From Octopus sinensis (taxonomy: Eukaryota), in contig NC_043001.1 in NCBI RefSeq assembly GCF_006345805.1, positions 86,862,001 through 86,926,000 on the forward strand: a stretch of 64,000 nt of DNA, read 5' to 3'. Numbering within the stretch: the stretch's first letter is position 1; every line of letters starts with the position of its first letter. Made by a program: the position numbers and the translations under genes. The notes below the pieces were generated by a model. It made no database searches. It was not told the DNA's origin and was given only the letters and a program-made list of their open reading frames with translations. Below are positions 41,959 to 54,257 of this stretch, one piece after another.

Positions 41959-42260
41959 CCAAGCACCATCCAAATTGTGGACGAAGCCAGTGCCGCCTCG
42001 ACTGGCTTCCGTGCAGGTGGCACATAAAATGCACCACTCCGACCGTGGCCGATGCCAGCCTCGCCTGGCACCAGTGCAGGTGGCACGTAAAAAGCACCCA
42101 CTACACTCTCGGAGTGGTTGGCATTATGAAGGGCATCCAGCTGTAGAAACTTTGCCGGATAAGACCGAAGCCTGGTGCAGCCTTCTGGCTTCCCAGATCC
42201 CCGGTCGAACCGTCCAACCCATGCTAGCATGGAGAACGGACGTTAAACGATGATGATGAT
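41959..42260 (+). mobile_element. Young retroposon, family D, with (GAT)n tail
   Basis: Ends aacggacgttaaacgatgatgatgat. Decayed minus-strand relatives lie at about 5924-6290 and 27305-27560. CpGs are intact. Confidence 0.8.
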
Positions 42261-43107
42261 TCAGAAATATGTATCTATACACATGCAGAATTTATTCTTC
42301 TCTTTCAACTTGATGTCAGTAACAAAGAGCAATCAACTACTCTGACTAAAATTATCCATTGTTCTAAATTCATCTTCTGCCTCTACCATCCCTGAACTCC
42401 TTAAGGTCATCTTTCTCAGCTCACTTTCTTCTGGATTACTACACACAACAATGCACAACTTATTTTGGCTATTGCACAAACTCTGCACTCAAACACTTCA
42501 TACCAGATTTGTACCACTGCCATAAATAGAGACTACAAAACCATTCTCCAATGGGAAATGTAACACAATTCTCTTCCATCCTCACCAACAAACAATAGCA
42601 ACACTTACCAAGGAAAACAGTATTGTACCCATCTAGTCATGAACAGACAACCAAACAAAATCATTATAAATGCAAGTCTCCACAAACAATATCTCAGTAA
42701 TTTTATCTATTTGAATGGCATCACAAAGTCTAAACATTTTACATTCATTTTTACACTCTTGCTTGAATCAGATGGAATTTCCTGAGGCAGCTGGACACCA
42801 TTCCAATCATCAAATCCTACCTATTTTCAGATAATGATTTTTTTACAGAAGACCCAAAATAAATAGCATCACATGACAGTGATGCTTGTTTACAACTATT
42901 ACATGACATCAAAGCAAGGGTACACACATACACACACACACGTATGCAACAGGCTTCTTCAAACCTCTGTCTACCAAATCCACTTACAGGGCTTTGGTTG
43001 ACAGAGGGTTATAGTAGATGTTAGCCTAAGGTGCCACATTATGAGATAATATTTATATTTTTTTTATATCAGAATCAGGAAATACTTCAAATTTGATTAG
43101 TTGCTGA

Positions 43108-43565
43108 CTGTATACAAAGCTTCCAACCCATGGTAGAGTACTGTTCTTGGTCTCAAGAATTTGTCTTATGAAGAAAGGCTGAAGACGCTCGACCTTTATT
43201 CTCTAGAAAAACAACGACGCCGTGGTGATCTCATTCTTGCTCACAACATCATAAGTGGAAAGTGTAACCTCTCGAAAGAGCTGGTCTTCACTCCTGCTCC
43301 AGAGCGTCGGCTGGGGGTCATTCCGAAAAGCTCTATCTGCGACGATTTCATCTCAATCGAAGGAGAGGGGGCTTTCTCCGTCCGGGTTGCGGATCCGTGG
43401 AATAAGCTGCCAGACGAGATGGTGAAGATGCCGACGACCGCTCGGTTCAAAGTCTCCCTTGACAACAAGTGGCCTGAACTCTTTACCTGAACACCATCCT
43501 GTACATAACTCCATGTCCCCTACATGGCCTTGCTTTTTGAGCCAAAGAATTAACTAACTAACTAA
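43108..43565 (+). mobile_element. Young, 5'-truncated CR1/L2-type LINE 3' end with (ACTA)n tail
   Basis: SYEERLKTLDLYSLEKQRRRGDLI...FSVRVADPWNKLP...FKVSLD is the typical CR1 ORF2 C-terminus. It ends in actaactaactaactaac and is CpG-rich inside a CpG-poor region. Confidence 0.9.
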
Positions 43566-46246
43566 CATATATCTGGGGAAATACTGCTGCTGCACAAACA
43601 TCCTTGACCACATCAAAAGGATCAGCAGACTGATTGACAAGGATTTCCTCACCATTACTTTGCAACCAGTAGCTGTTCATACATGCTGTTTCTTCTCTCT
43701 GCTCTTCCATTGATATTAAAATGACACCTGGACAAGCTATAAGAACATTCACAACTCACAGTAAACAATGTGCTCCAACACCACCATCAACAACAACCAG
43801 GCATCCCTTGAATTCTGAATCTCTATAATTCATTTGCCTATCCACCATTCCCAACAGGCATCAGAGCTACATATGTTCAAACTCAGCATCAACTACATCT
43901 GTCTCAGTCACGGGAACTACCCATCATCCACATCATTTTTAACACACACTTTTCCATGCTTGCGCAACCGGATGTTCTTCCGGTCAGCAACCATTACCTG
44001 TTTTCATGCAAGACAATACTTTTCCATAGTAATACAGGTTTATATAGAATAACAGGAAATGAAGGACCTTGCTTGTATGATGGTGATGTTCAACATAAAG
44101 ACAAGGAAACACTCACACGCAATATACACATAGATTTATGCACTTTCAGTTTCCAACTATCAAGTCTACTGACAAAGATTAGGTCAACATCAAAACCACA
44201 CAAAAAGACACTTGCCCAGGCTTCCACACAGTAGGACTGAACCCAAAAACCACATAGTTAGGAAAGTGAACTGCTTAACATCACAACCATATCTGACTAA
44301 TTAATAGAATGAAAACTTAATTACCAAAGGGATTTCTTTCAGTTGCCAATTTCATTTCTTATTAATACTCATATTCCAATTTATGAAATTTTTATGATTT
44401 CAAAGAAAAAAAACTATCTCAGATATTATTCTTGCCATATGTCAAATATTGTTTAATAGGTTACACAGTAGATCTTTACATAGAGAGCTACTGGGACTAT
44501 TCACCAACATAGTATATGTGTCTATGTATATAAGTGTGTGTTGTGAGCAAGTGTTTCAACAATTTTTTAATAAACTTACTAAATCAGGTTGGATTAGGTT
44601 TCTACTAAACTGTAAAATGAATCGTCTGGTAAGAGCTAGAGAAAGAGAGAGAGAGAACAGAGGTAGAATTGTGTGGGGGGAGAGGTGGAGAAAGTTGTTG
44701 CTTGGCTATGACTATCTTGACTTTTTCTTAGGCACAGTGCCCCCACAACCACATTATCCAAAGTGACCTTTTCTATGAAAATAAGATGGGCTTTGGAGAT
44801 TTGGCTTCTGTTCTATTGGCTAGTTAGAAAAAAATTTTGAAATGAAGGAAAGTAAAGGAAGATAAAACAGGGGGAAAAGATGGACAGGGCTTCGTTAAAA
44901 ATTTTGGACTATCAGCCAGTAATAGTGCTTCTTACAAAAACAAAAAAAGGCAAAAATTAGTGTCAGATCTAAAGTTTGACCTGGTTTTTAAGGTCAAGTT
45001 TTTCGACAGAGTTTGTGACATCATTTGAAAGATAAAGCCAGAAGAAAAACATTGTCTTTTTCAAGGAAGATTTGTCAAATAGGATGCTTCATCATAATTG
45101 TAACAAAAACATACTACTACTCGAGATGGCAGGATCTTAAGACGTACTTGACTCACATATATCTAGTACATCTTTGCAAGCTATCCAAGCTATCAAAAGG
45201 ATCCCCTATATCAGTGGCTTTCAACTGTTCCTTGATCTCAACACCCTATCTTCTTCGTATGATAAAGTGTAACATCCCTGTTTTAGTCCAACCAACCAAG
45301 AAAAATATAAGCGCCAGAGGGAACTTCACGATGCTATTAACTACTGTTTAGGACAGTCAAGAGTGTCTCAAACACCTTAGTGAGAAACTACTTGGGCTTT
45401 GCAGTCGGATCTCCCAGATATACTGGATAGCATAATCCAAAATACAAGGCTGATCTGGGGCCCTTTGTGGGTGGATGTCGGAATATCAATTTCAGTTTCC
45501 GAAAGTTCTTGTATATCTAGCCAGGACAAAAAAAAAAGTCTATATATAAGTTGTAAGGCTGAAGTATTTCACCGCTGACCGCTTACAAAAAAAAAAAGTC
45601 ACACATCCACTTCGATAGATGAGAACTTAAAAGACAACCGTGTAGTTAAGGTAATTTATATTTATCGCATGACCTCGGGAGCAGGTTAGCATCAACAATA
45701 GCGAGTCTTTGAGCCCTTGAAGACAAAACAGAAAATTGCGTGTGGTAGTTATGTAACAGTTAAATACTAAATACTTATTAAATTGTACAGAACGCCAGAC
45801 TAAGGAAAAAGAGTATATCTGAAGAAGCGGAGAAAAAAAGAGGAAAGAATGTTTCTATGTATGATCTCTCAAATACACACGGCAATTTGTAAATATAAGC
45901 TTGTCTACATGTGTACACAGAAAGACGTGTGTGTTTGTGTGAAAAGACATCATATATTTGTTTCAACGTGTGATCTAAGATATAAACACAGCAACATGTA
46001 TGTGAATATAAGTTCGCACACATGTATACCACAGACGTGAGTACGTGCATGATAGAAAGTGTGTGCGTGTGGGGGAGCCCACACGCACACACATAGCATG
46101 TGTTTCTAAGTGCGATCTGAGACACAACAGATTTGCGAATACAGGTTTGTCTACGTACCTGAGTAACGTCTCACATATACACACAGCAACATGTATGTAT
46201 GTATGTACGTTTCTCAGCGTGAGTACAGTAAAATAAATGCGAACAT

Positions 46247-46356
46247 AGATTTGCTTACATGTATAGACAAACATACACGAAGACCTCCATACACAACAGC
46301 AAGATTTGCTTACATGTGTAGACATACATACACGAAGACCTCCATACACAACAGCA
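46247..46356 (+). repeat. 55-bp tandem duplication within a degenerate minisatellite region (about 45880-46400)
   Basis: agatttgcttacatgt...ccatacacaacagca starts at 46247 and 46302. Confidence 0.85.
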
Positions 46357-46456
46357 ATACAGGTTTGTCAACATGTATACGCCTGACATAAGAGATATCT
46401 TTGACATACTCTCAAACACCTAGCAATCTATGTTAATATTGGTTTGTCTATGTATG

Positions 46457-46530
<74 letters not shown>

Positions 46531-46685
46531 TAGAGAGAGAGAGAGAAACGAAAGATTGCCTATATATATATATATATATAAAGTTTTAACTCCCGGTAAT
46601 AGGTATAAAACAATGTGTAAAAAACGAATATGAAAACCAAATTTGCAAAAACCAACGCAGTAGAGAGGACCGGGAGTTAAACTGA

Positions 46686-46747
<62 letters not shown>

Positions 46748-48264
46748 GCGCATACCGACACATTTGTGTGCCTATAAACATACATACAACGCTGATAAGT
46801 TTTAACTTTGGCACAAAGCCACACAAATTACATCAACAACAAACGAGGCAAAAGCCAACAGTAAAACTAACCATATGCGTGGCTACGTGATATCTTAAAT
46901 TTATAACCCAAGATAAATGTCAGTTCGACTGGCTAAAATTGTTAAGAATTTCACTGTATTAATATATTTTCGAAAACAAAAATACAAAGTGACGGTCACT
47001 GTATGTGGGTGATGAAACATTGTGTATATTTATTTAAAAAGTGAAGATCTATGTTAATTGTATATTTTAGCTAGTAACACTAGTTTCTTTCTACATGTTT
47101 TATTAAATAACCGGTATGTCAAGGAGGTATAATGATTATCAGCGAGAAAACATGTAGTGTTTAAAATACACGTTACCTGTTACATCTATACACACATATA
47201 TTACAAATACACACATGTATACAGGTAGATAGATAGATGGTGGAAAGTGAAGGAGGAATAATTAGTGTAGTGCCCCCGCCTACCCGACTTTGTTTACACG
47301 TTACTTTATGAAAAATAAAATGTTTTTCTTTAAACGAAATTTTGCAATGATTCGTCTTGGAGGGTGTAGATTACAATTACATTGATAGAATTTAGAGAAA
47401 AAGTAATTTTATTAGTTTTTTTTTAATGAATTTCGGATCATTTGTTCCACACGACCTGACTGCGCATTTTTCAGGAAGATATGAGGAAACAAAATCGAAA
47501 CTGTAGTTAGCCCCATTATATATATTTATATATATTCTCTCACTCACACACACAAACACTGAGGGGTTTCTGCGTTATTGAGAACCGTATACCATCGTGA
47601 ATTATCTTGAATCCAACTTTGATTCTGGTGGTGACAGTATATGCATGTTGTAGGTATTTTATTCATTGTTAATCGATGCTTTTCTCTGTTTTCTCTCACG
47701 AAAACAATGACGAAGAAGAGTGAGGAGAAATAAACAAAAGTAATAAAATGACACATACACACACAAACCCATGTCAGCATGGAAAATGGACGTTAAATGA
47801 TGATGACACACATAGGTAGTGTGTGTGTGGTTTTTTTCTGTTTTTTGCTTTTATACACACAGGTAAAATTGTTGATACTGTACATGTACAATAACCCCGG
47901 AACAAAACACCTCATAGGAACGATATTCTGAACAACTGAATTTACAAGTGCACACCACCACTGACTTTGTTCCATAACTTTTCAAAATAAAAAATTTCAT
48001 TAAAATGCATCCATTTTCCCAAAAGTTATGAGGAAACAAACTGTGGAAGGAAGACGGTACACTCACTGGAGTAGCTATGCACACACATATACATACATAT
48101 ATATATATATATATATACAATTTTTAATCTTCGGATTTTTTAAATATGTTAAGCAACTGGTTTTAATTGATTAACATCAATTTCTACCCTTATTTAATTT
48201 TATAATATATATATATACACACATACATACATACGTGTGTATATATGTGTGCGTGTGTATAGAC

Positions 48265-48320
<56 letters not shown>

Positions 48321-49471
48321 TGTGTGTATGTGTATATAGACATATGTGTGCGTATATATACATACATACATACATATATACACACACAAAATACATTTAA
48401 GAATGTATAGGAGCGTGTGAATGTGTACATACACAGTCTCCGACCAATGTCAATATATTTCAAAATACGACGCTAACCAAAACAAAAAAAAAAAACAGAA
48501 ATCCAGCGTATATATAATAAGTGATTCAAATAAGATGCACAAAGGTCTGGAATTTTGAGTGGGGAATCTAGTTACAACTATCAATTCTAGAAGTTTGTCT
48601 GGTACTTAATGTTGTAGACTCCCGAAAGAATCTAGAACAAAACTGGCCACGGCGAGATTTGAAACTAGAAAGTAAACAGCTTACAGTTTATTTTGCATTT
48701 ATTTCCGACTTTAACGACTTTGTCAACCCACATCCTTTTGGATATAATTATTCTTAATATCATCACTATAAAATAAAGTACCAAGCAAATACTGGGGTCA
48801 ATGGTATCAACTAATTGCAGGCATTGTACCTCTATTAAAAACCATTAACATTATTATATCACTACGATCAGGATCGCTGGCTTTGTGTATATCACATCAG
48901 TAACAATGTATTTTATATCCCTTATGTCACAGACTATTATATATTCAGTAAGAATATGAAGATAAACTAAGATGCCAGCGGTGTCTTCTAATATAATCCC
49001 ATTCAAATTTTGGATGCCGTCTGGGAATGTTAGACTTTCGTGTGCGCTTTCTTACCACTACCCAGTTCAACTTTCTATTATATACAACTGTATAAATTAA
49101 TGAGAAATATATCCAGAAACCGCGGTACGCATATATACATATATATATATAAACACCAATAAAAGAGATAAGAATGCGTTTATAATTAATTGGGCGGGCG
49201 AAGTAAAATGCTTATGTAACGAAATTACCAATTGTTGAATACTAAAATTATTCTATTATTTATCAGACATCAATTACTATCATAATTACACTTTGAACAA
49301 TTTTTTGTATTTTAGCCATGAGCTGGCAAGCAATGTTTATATATTGTTTTTTATGGGCTAAAGAGAATATACATACGCATATATATCACATATATTAATA
49401 CATGTATATAAATGATGGTGAATGTACTTATCTGTGCGTAAAATGAAAGAAAAAAAAAAGACAAGGCTTAC

Positions 49472-49519
49472 CTGCTTCAAGAGATAGCCAGTCTTGAGAC
49501 AATGGTTTTCCGTGTCCAT
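49472..49519 (-). CDS. First coding exon, MDTENHCLKTGYLLKQ (PH-domain beta-1-like motif); gene not identified
   Basis: ATG at 49519, 16 codons, then a strong phase-0 donor CAG|gtaagc. A strong acceptor (ttttgcctgctttttggtgcag|G) at 49621 gives a 150-nt exon. KTGYLLKQ resembles the K-x-G-[YWF]-L-x-K start of PH domains. Confidence 0.7.
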
Positions 49520-50299
49520 AGCACTTTGCTTATGGAACTAGAATAGTATGGATTGTTTACTGGGGTCTTGCCAAAAGTCTACAAGCTTCACTAGTAACTC
49601 TACTTGTCTGTTAGTCATTTCCTGCACCAAAAAGCAGGCAAAAGCAGTAAGTAAACCTGGTGAGAGCTGAACGTTTCTGTGTACAGGTTTAGAGGACAGG
49701 CAGGCAGGCAGCCAGCCAGCCAAGCAATTAGTTAACGCTATCTCCTAGATTCGCTTTAAACTATGGACTAGTAATAATAACGTGTTGTGTACTGCGATTA
49801 AGTATAGTCTTTGTTGAAAGTTATAATATATGAGTATGTGTATGTTACTGGTGTTTCACGTGAATGCTTGTTCATATATATATGTGTGTGCGCGCGCGCT
49901 TTTCTATGTTTTACGTAAATGTCTATCTTCGTGTGTGTGTGTGTGTACTATGTATGTATGTATGGGAACCTTTCTACGTGTATGACACGCGCGTGTCTAT
50001 GACTATTGTTTTTATGCGTGTCTTTCTATAACAGCTGTAATTTTTTTGTTGGTATTTGTTTGCTTCTATCTGTAATACTGGTGTACGCTATTTACGCTGG
50101 TCTCCGTGTATCTTTATACGTGCTTCGTTAGTATTATTTACAGTACGTTTGTGTGCTTCTACCTATATAGATATTATATATACGGTATGAGTGCATGTAT
50201 CTGCACGTTAATATTATGCATCAACATATTGAGTTGTTTATATGTATGAGTGAGTGTGTATACCTCATGGCGTGCTTATGCGTATGAGTGTTAGTATAT

Positions 50300-51700
50300 G
50301 GGTAACTACCTATGTGTCAGTTATTTCGTACTACTGACACCGCTACCAACTTTATCACTCTCATACCTTCTCTTTCCTGAACGCTTCTTAAACTCTATCT
50401 CTCTCTCTCTCTCTGTTTGTTTTCCCTTTTCTTCTGTTGCCACTCTCATACTTTCTCCTACAACACGGTCCCCTCTTTCTCTCTCTATCTATGTTTTCTT
50501 GCGCATCTTTGCTTTTACTCCCACTGCGTCTCTTTCTCTCATACTGTGTCTCTCAGCGCGCGCTCTCTATCTCTTCTCTCTGTTTTTCTTATCCTATCAC
50601 ACTTCTCTCTTACTCCCAAACGTCTCTTTCTCATATCCTCTTCGTCGCGCGCTCCTCTCGCTCCCTCTCTCTCTCTCTCTCGCAGTTTTTCGTATTCTAT
50701 CGCGGTACTTTCACCTTTCATCCACTCTTTCTGTTTCACTGTTTTTCTTTCTCACTCTCTCTGTCTTACCTATTCTTTCTCATCCCCTCCCACCGATACA
50801 ATCTCTACTAATTTACTTTTACTCCTATTGCTACTATTCTCTCTCTCTCTCTCTCTTTTCTTTTCTCTATATTACACTTTTTCTCACTCACACCACTACC
50901 AAATCCACTCTATCTTACTTGTTCTCGCTCTGTTTCCTCCCACCTCTTCTCATACTATTACCCTGCCTCCCACTATGACTCTTTCTCTCTTTCCTTATAT
51001 CTCCCTTGAAACTTCTTTTTTCTCTGTGAACTTTTTTACCCGACTGTTTTTCTTCTTTTCTCATTCTCTTTCGTTTTATCAACCATTTACTCACTTGCTA
51101 CCTTTTACTTTTTCATCTTGACTCCTCCTCCTTGTTTTTCAGTCTACACAAAGAAACTTCTTGACACTTACGCATAACTTCCCAGATAATCTCAATTCAT
51201 TCATCCATTCTGTTTTCTCTCTTTTTCTTATTATATCGATTCACTTTCTCATCCATTTTTCTTTCTCGCGAATCAAAATTCACGCTCTCTTGCCTTTTTC
51301 TCCCTGTCTTTCGCTCTCATCATTTATCCTTCTTCAAGTACTATGTATCCCTCTTTCTCACTTTATCTTTCTTACCTTCTCAGTCTATTCCTTACTTTTT
51401 TATTCTATTTACCTCGTTCTTCTTCATCTTCTTTTCTCATTACTATTCTTTGTCTAAGTTATTCCCTTTCTCTACCCGTATCTTTCTTTTCCTTTCCTCC
51501 TCTCACTATTTTACCCTTTCTCTATTTTGCTCTTCGTTTCTCTCTTTTACACTCTCTCATCGCCATTCCTTCTTCGTTTACCCCTCTCTCTCTCTATCTA
51601 TCTATCTATCTATCTATTTACATCGTCTTGTTTTCTAGAATTCTGCCAAAAGAGGTTGTCGTATTTATGGCCTTAAAAACTCAGATCGTCTTTGTTTTAG
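50300..51700. repeat. About 1.4-kb pyrimidine-rich (CT-rich) low-complexity tract
   Basis: The plus strand is strongly C/T-biased with (CT)n runs; the overlapping long ORFs are S/L/F-rich artefacts. Confidence 0.85.
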
Positions 51701-51878
51701 CTATTACAATCTCGTTTTATTATTTTTTGTAACTCTGTTGTAATGTATCTCGGACTACATTAACCAATGTTTCTTGTTTTTTAGAGTGATTTTGATGAAA
51801 ACTTTACTGTTTATTGTGACGAATTGAGATCAAATATTTATTTATAAATCGTGCTTAATGGTAATTGATGTAAAAGAT

Positions 51879-52410
51879 GTATATTGGACGAACACGAAAA
51901 CAAAAATTTGCGCCAACGAACCGATTATAAAGAAATTTGCGGGGAATTTTTTTCCGAAGGAGTGGGGAGAGGACTTTCGAAGAGAAAGAAAGTCATAAAT
52001 TATTTTTTTGTTTGTGTGTAATGAAATAAAGTTTGAAAGTAAAATTTTTAGATTCATTTATTTTTCGTTTGAGTAACAGAAAATGTTTTAGAAAAGATCA
52101 CACGTATCATGGTGAGAGAAACAAATTTCATAAAAAGAGTGTTGAATATGGTTTCCCTAAGGAAAAAAAGTTAAGAGCGATTTAGCAGTTGTTGTTAGCA
52201 CAACTCACGACCATCTGATACCTTCCTTGTTTGTTTAATATTTTCGGTTAATTACTACAAGTTTTCTCGGTCACCAATAAGCAAGTTAACAAGCCTAATG
52301 GGGATAGAAAGAAAGTCTTCTCCTCACCCCTTCGGAAAAACTTTTTCTCCACAAATTTCTTTATAATCGGTTCGTTGACGCTAACTTTTGTTCTTATATT
52401 CGTTTAATAC
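51879..52410. mobile_element. MITE with about 95-100 bp terminal inverted repeats
   Basis: 51879-51978 is the reverse complement of 52311-52410 (shared caacgaaccgattataaagaaatttg and ttttccgaagg). The interior is non-coding. Confidence 0.8.
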
Positions 52411-53481
52411 ACTTTTTTTTTACACCTAGTACACTACCTGTTTGTTTGTTTTTTTGTTTTTGTGGCCGGATGTTGAAGTAAACATTAACCGCGCTTAATC
52501 CTCTGGACAATTCTCCTCCCTGAATAGCAGCTTGCGTAAAATTCAAATCAATTATAACCCAACTCATCATATTTAACAAGAACACAACCCACACATCTTA
52601 TTACTCGGCGAAACACAGATTTATTACCTTTATCTTTAGCCCATCTGTGTTTGTACATACACAGATTTCCCTATTCCACTCTTCCTGCCATTCACCTCTC
52701 TATAATCATGGTCGTTAGAGCTTCGGACAGAATCTTATATTTGGAGATGGTAAAGAGCTCTTCTACTCTAGGTACAAGGCCTGAAATTTTGGGGAGCGGG
52801 GTTGTGGATTAGATCGACGCCAGTACGCAACTGGTACTTAATTTATCGACCTCCAAAGGATGAAAGGCAAAGTCGACCTCGACGGAATTTGGATTCAGAA
52901 CGTAGCGCTATGCATTCCAAACCTCTTCGCTCCTAGTTCAAATCCCGCCGACGTCAATTTTACTAACATCATTTCGGGGTCGATAAAAAATCCAAGTAGG
53001 TATTTTAGCTAAACTGTAAAGACATCAGACAGAATGACTTGCGGCATTTGTTCCAACTTTATGTTTTGAGTTCAAATTCCGCCCAGTTTAACACCCGTCG
53101 CCTGGTTTAGCACCACCACCAGGTACCTTTGTTACCTTTAGTGAAAGTTATTCTGTTGCAAGCATATGGGTCAGGTTTCTATTTAGATGATATCTTCCAC
53201 TTTTCTTCTCACCAATCTCAGATGCCCTTATAACAGGTCATGTGTATTGCCTTCCTTCCTTCCTACAAAAAATAAAAATCAGCGACAAAGACTTTCATCT
53301 ATTTTGTCTCTACGCCTTCCTACTGTTCTCATTACCAACTCATATTTCTGACTTATGCACAAACTTAATCTCCAAAGACTCTTTAGTTTCTTTACCATCT
53401 CCAAATATAAGCTTTACCAAACTACCACCATTTCCGTGCTCATCAAATCGTACTTCCATTTATGCTCGTCTCTAAGGGGGG

Positions 53482-53498
53482 TGCACCAGATGGCGCTG
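53482..53498 (+). promoter_or_regulatory. CTCF-like motif (TGCACCAGATGGCGCTG)
   Basis: Close match to the CCACCAGRKGGCGC consensus, in CpG-rich sequence near the promoter. Confidence 0.55.
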
Positions 53499-53792
53499 AC
53501 CCTTCACTATTCAGTGGTGTACTCTCAGATTTACGGTGATACACTTATTTCGAAACTCCACTTTAGCATAATTACAAATTAATACCCAGCCAGGCACTGA
53601 AGTCTGACGACAGGCTTGCTTCCACTGCTTGATCAAGACTAACTTACCACGCACCCATAAAATGTACAACAGCACTTCTGAACTTTGTGGTACTTCAAGT
53701 CAACTAAATGGTTGTGTATCCGCTAGCTTTATTCTATCTCTGATAGCAAATGTGTTTGCAGTGACGGTTCGTGTATAGGCACTGCGAAACTG

Positions 53793-53826
53793 CAGCGCCC
53801 CCTGTTTCCACTCGATATTATCGATA
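53793..53826 (-). promoter_or_regulatory. Second CTCF-like core (CAGGGGGCGCTG on minus) next to a DRE palindrome TATCGATA (53819-53826)
   Basis: The 3' part of the CTCF core is perfect and the 5' part is weak; the DRE is an exact match. Confidence 0.4.
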
Positions 53827-54257
53827 ACATTCAATATAATGAGTCCTCTTCTCTTTAATTCTTTCTTTATACTTGTACATTATAAAATTTTAAAACTTAA
53901 TGTTGTTATGTAATCATCACAACAAACATGAACAATCAACGTTGCCCATTGTCTCCCTTGATACAAGGACATTCAGCAAGTTTCCCGCCACAACAAATAC
54001 CTTGTACAACAACGGCAGTCTAATAAAGTATCTGGTATCGTTAACACGTTTTTTCAGTCTCTCTCATTTTCTTAATCTTTCATGCTAAGTACTCACTACT
54101 TCCTTTAATACTCAATACATTATATATATATATATAACAACAACAAATGTCAGTAGCCATGCCCTAGTTTATGAAAGAAATATAAAAAATCCTTGTATAG
54201 AACTGTGCGTTTCACAGTTCCAGCGACGCGGTGTTTGGCTGCTGTCCGCATACTCAC

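Noticed and set aside
43650-43726. Exon-like segment GVILISMEEQREETACMNSYWLQSN with donor G|gtgagg
   Set aside because: It is open only in phase 1 to 1, which cannot sit between the phase-0 exons 1 and 2.
45778-48463. Many overlapping Y/I/C/V/H/T-rich ORFs
   Set aside because: They are translations of (TA)n and (CA)n microsatellites.
50298-51732. Longest ORFs in the track (226, 234, 124 and 129 aa)
   Set aside because: They are S/L/F-rich translations of a CT-rich low-complexity tract, open in several frames only because stop codons are scarce.
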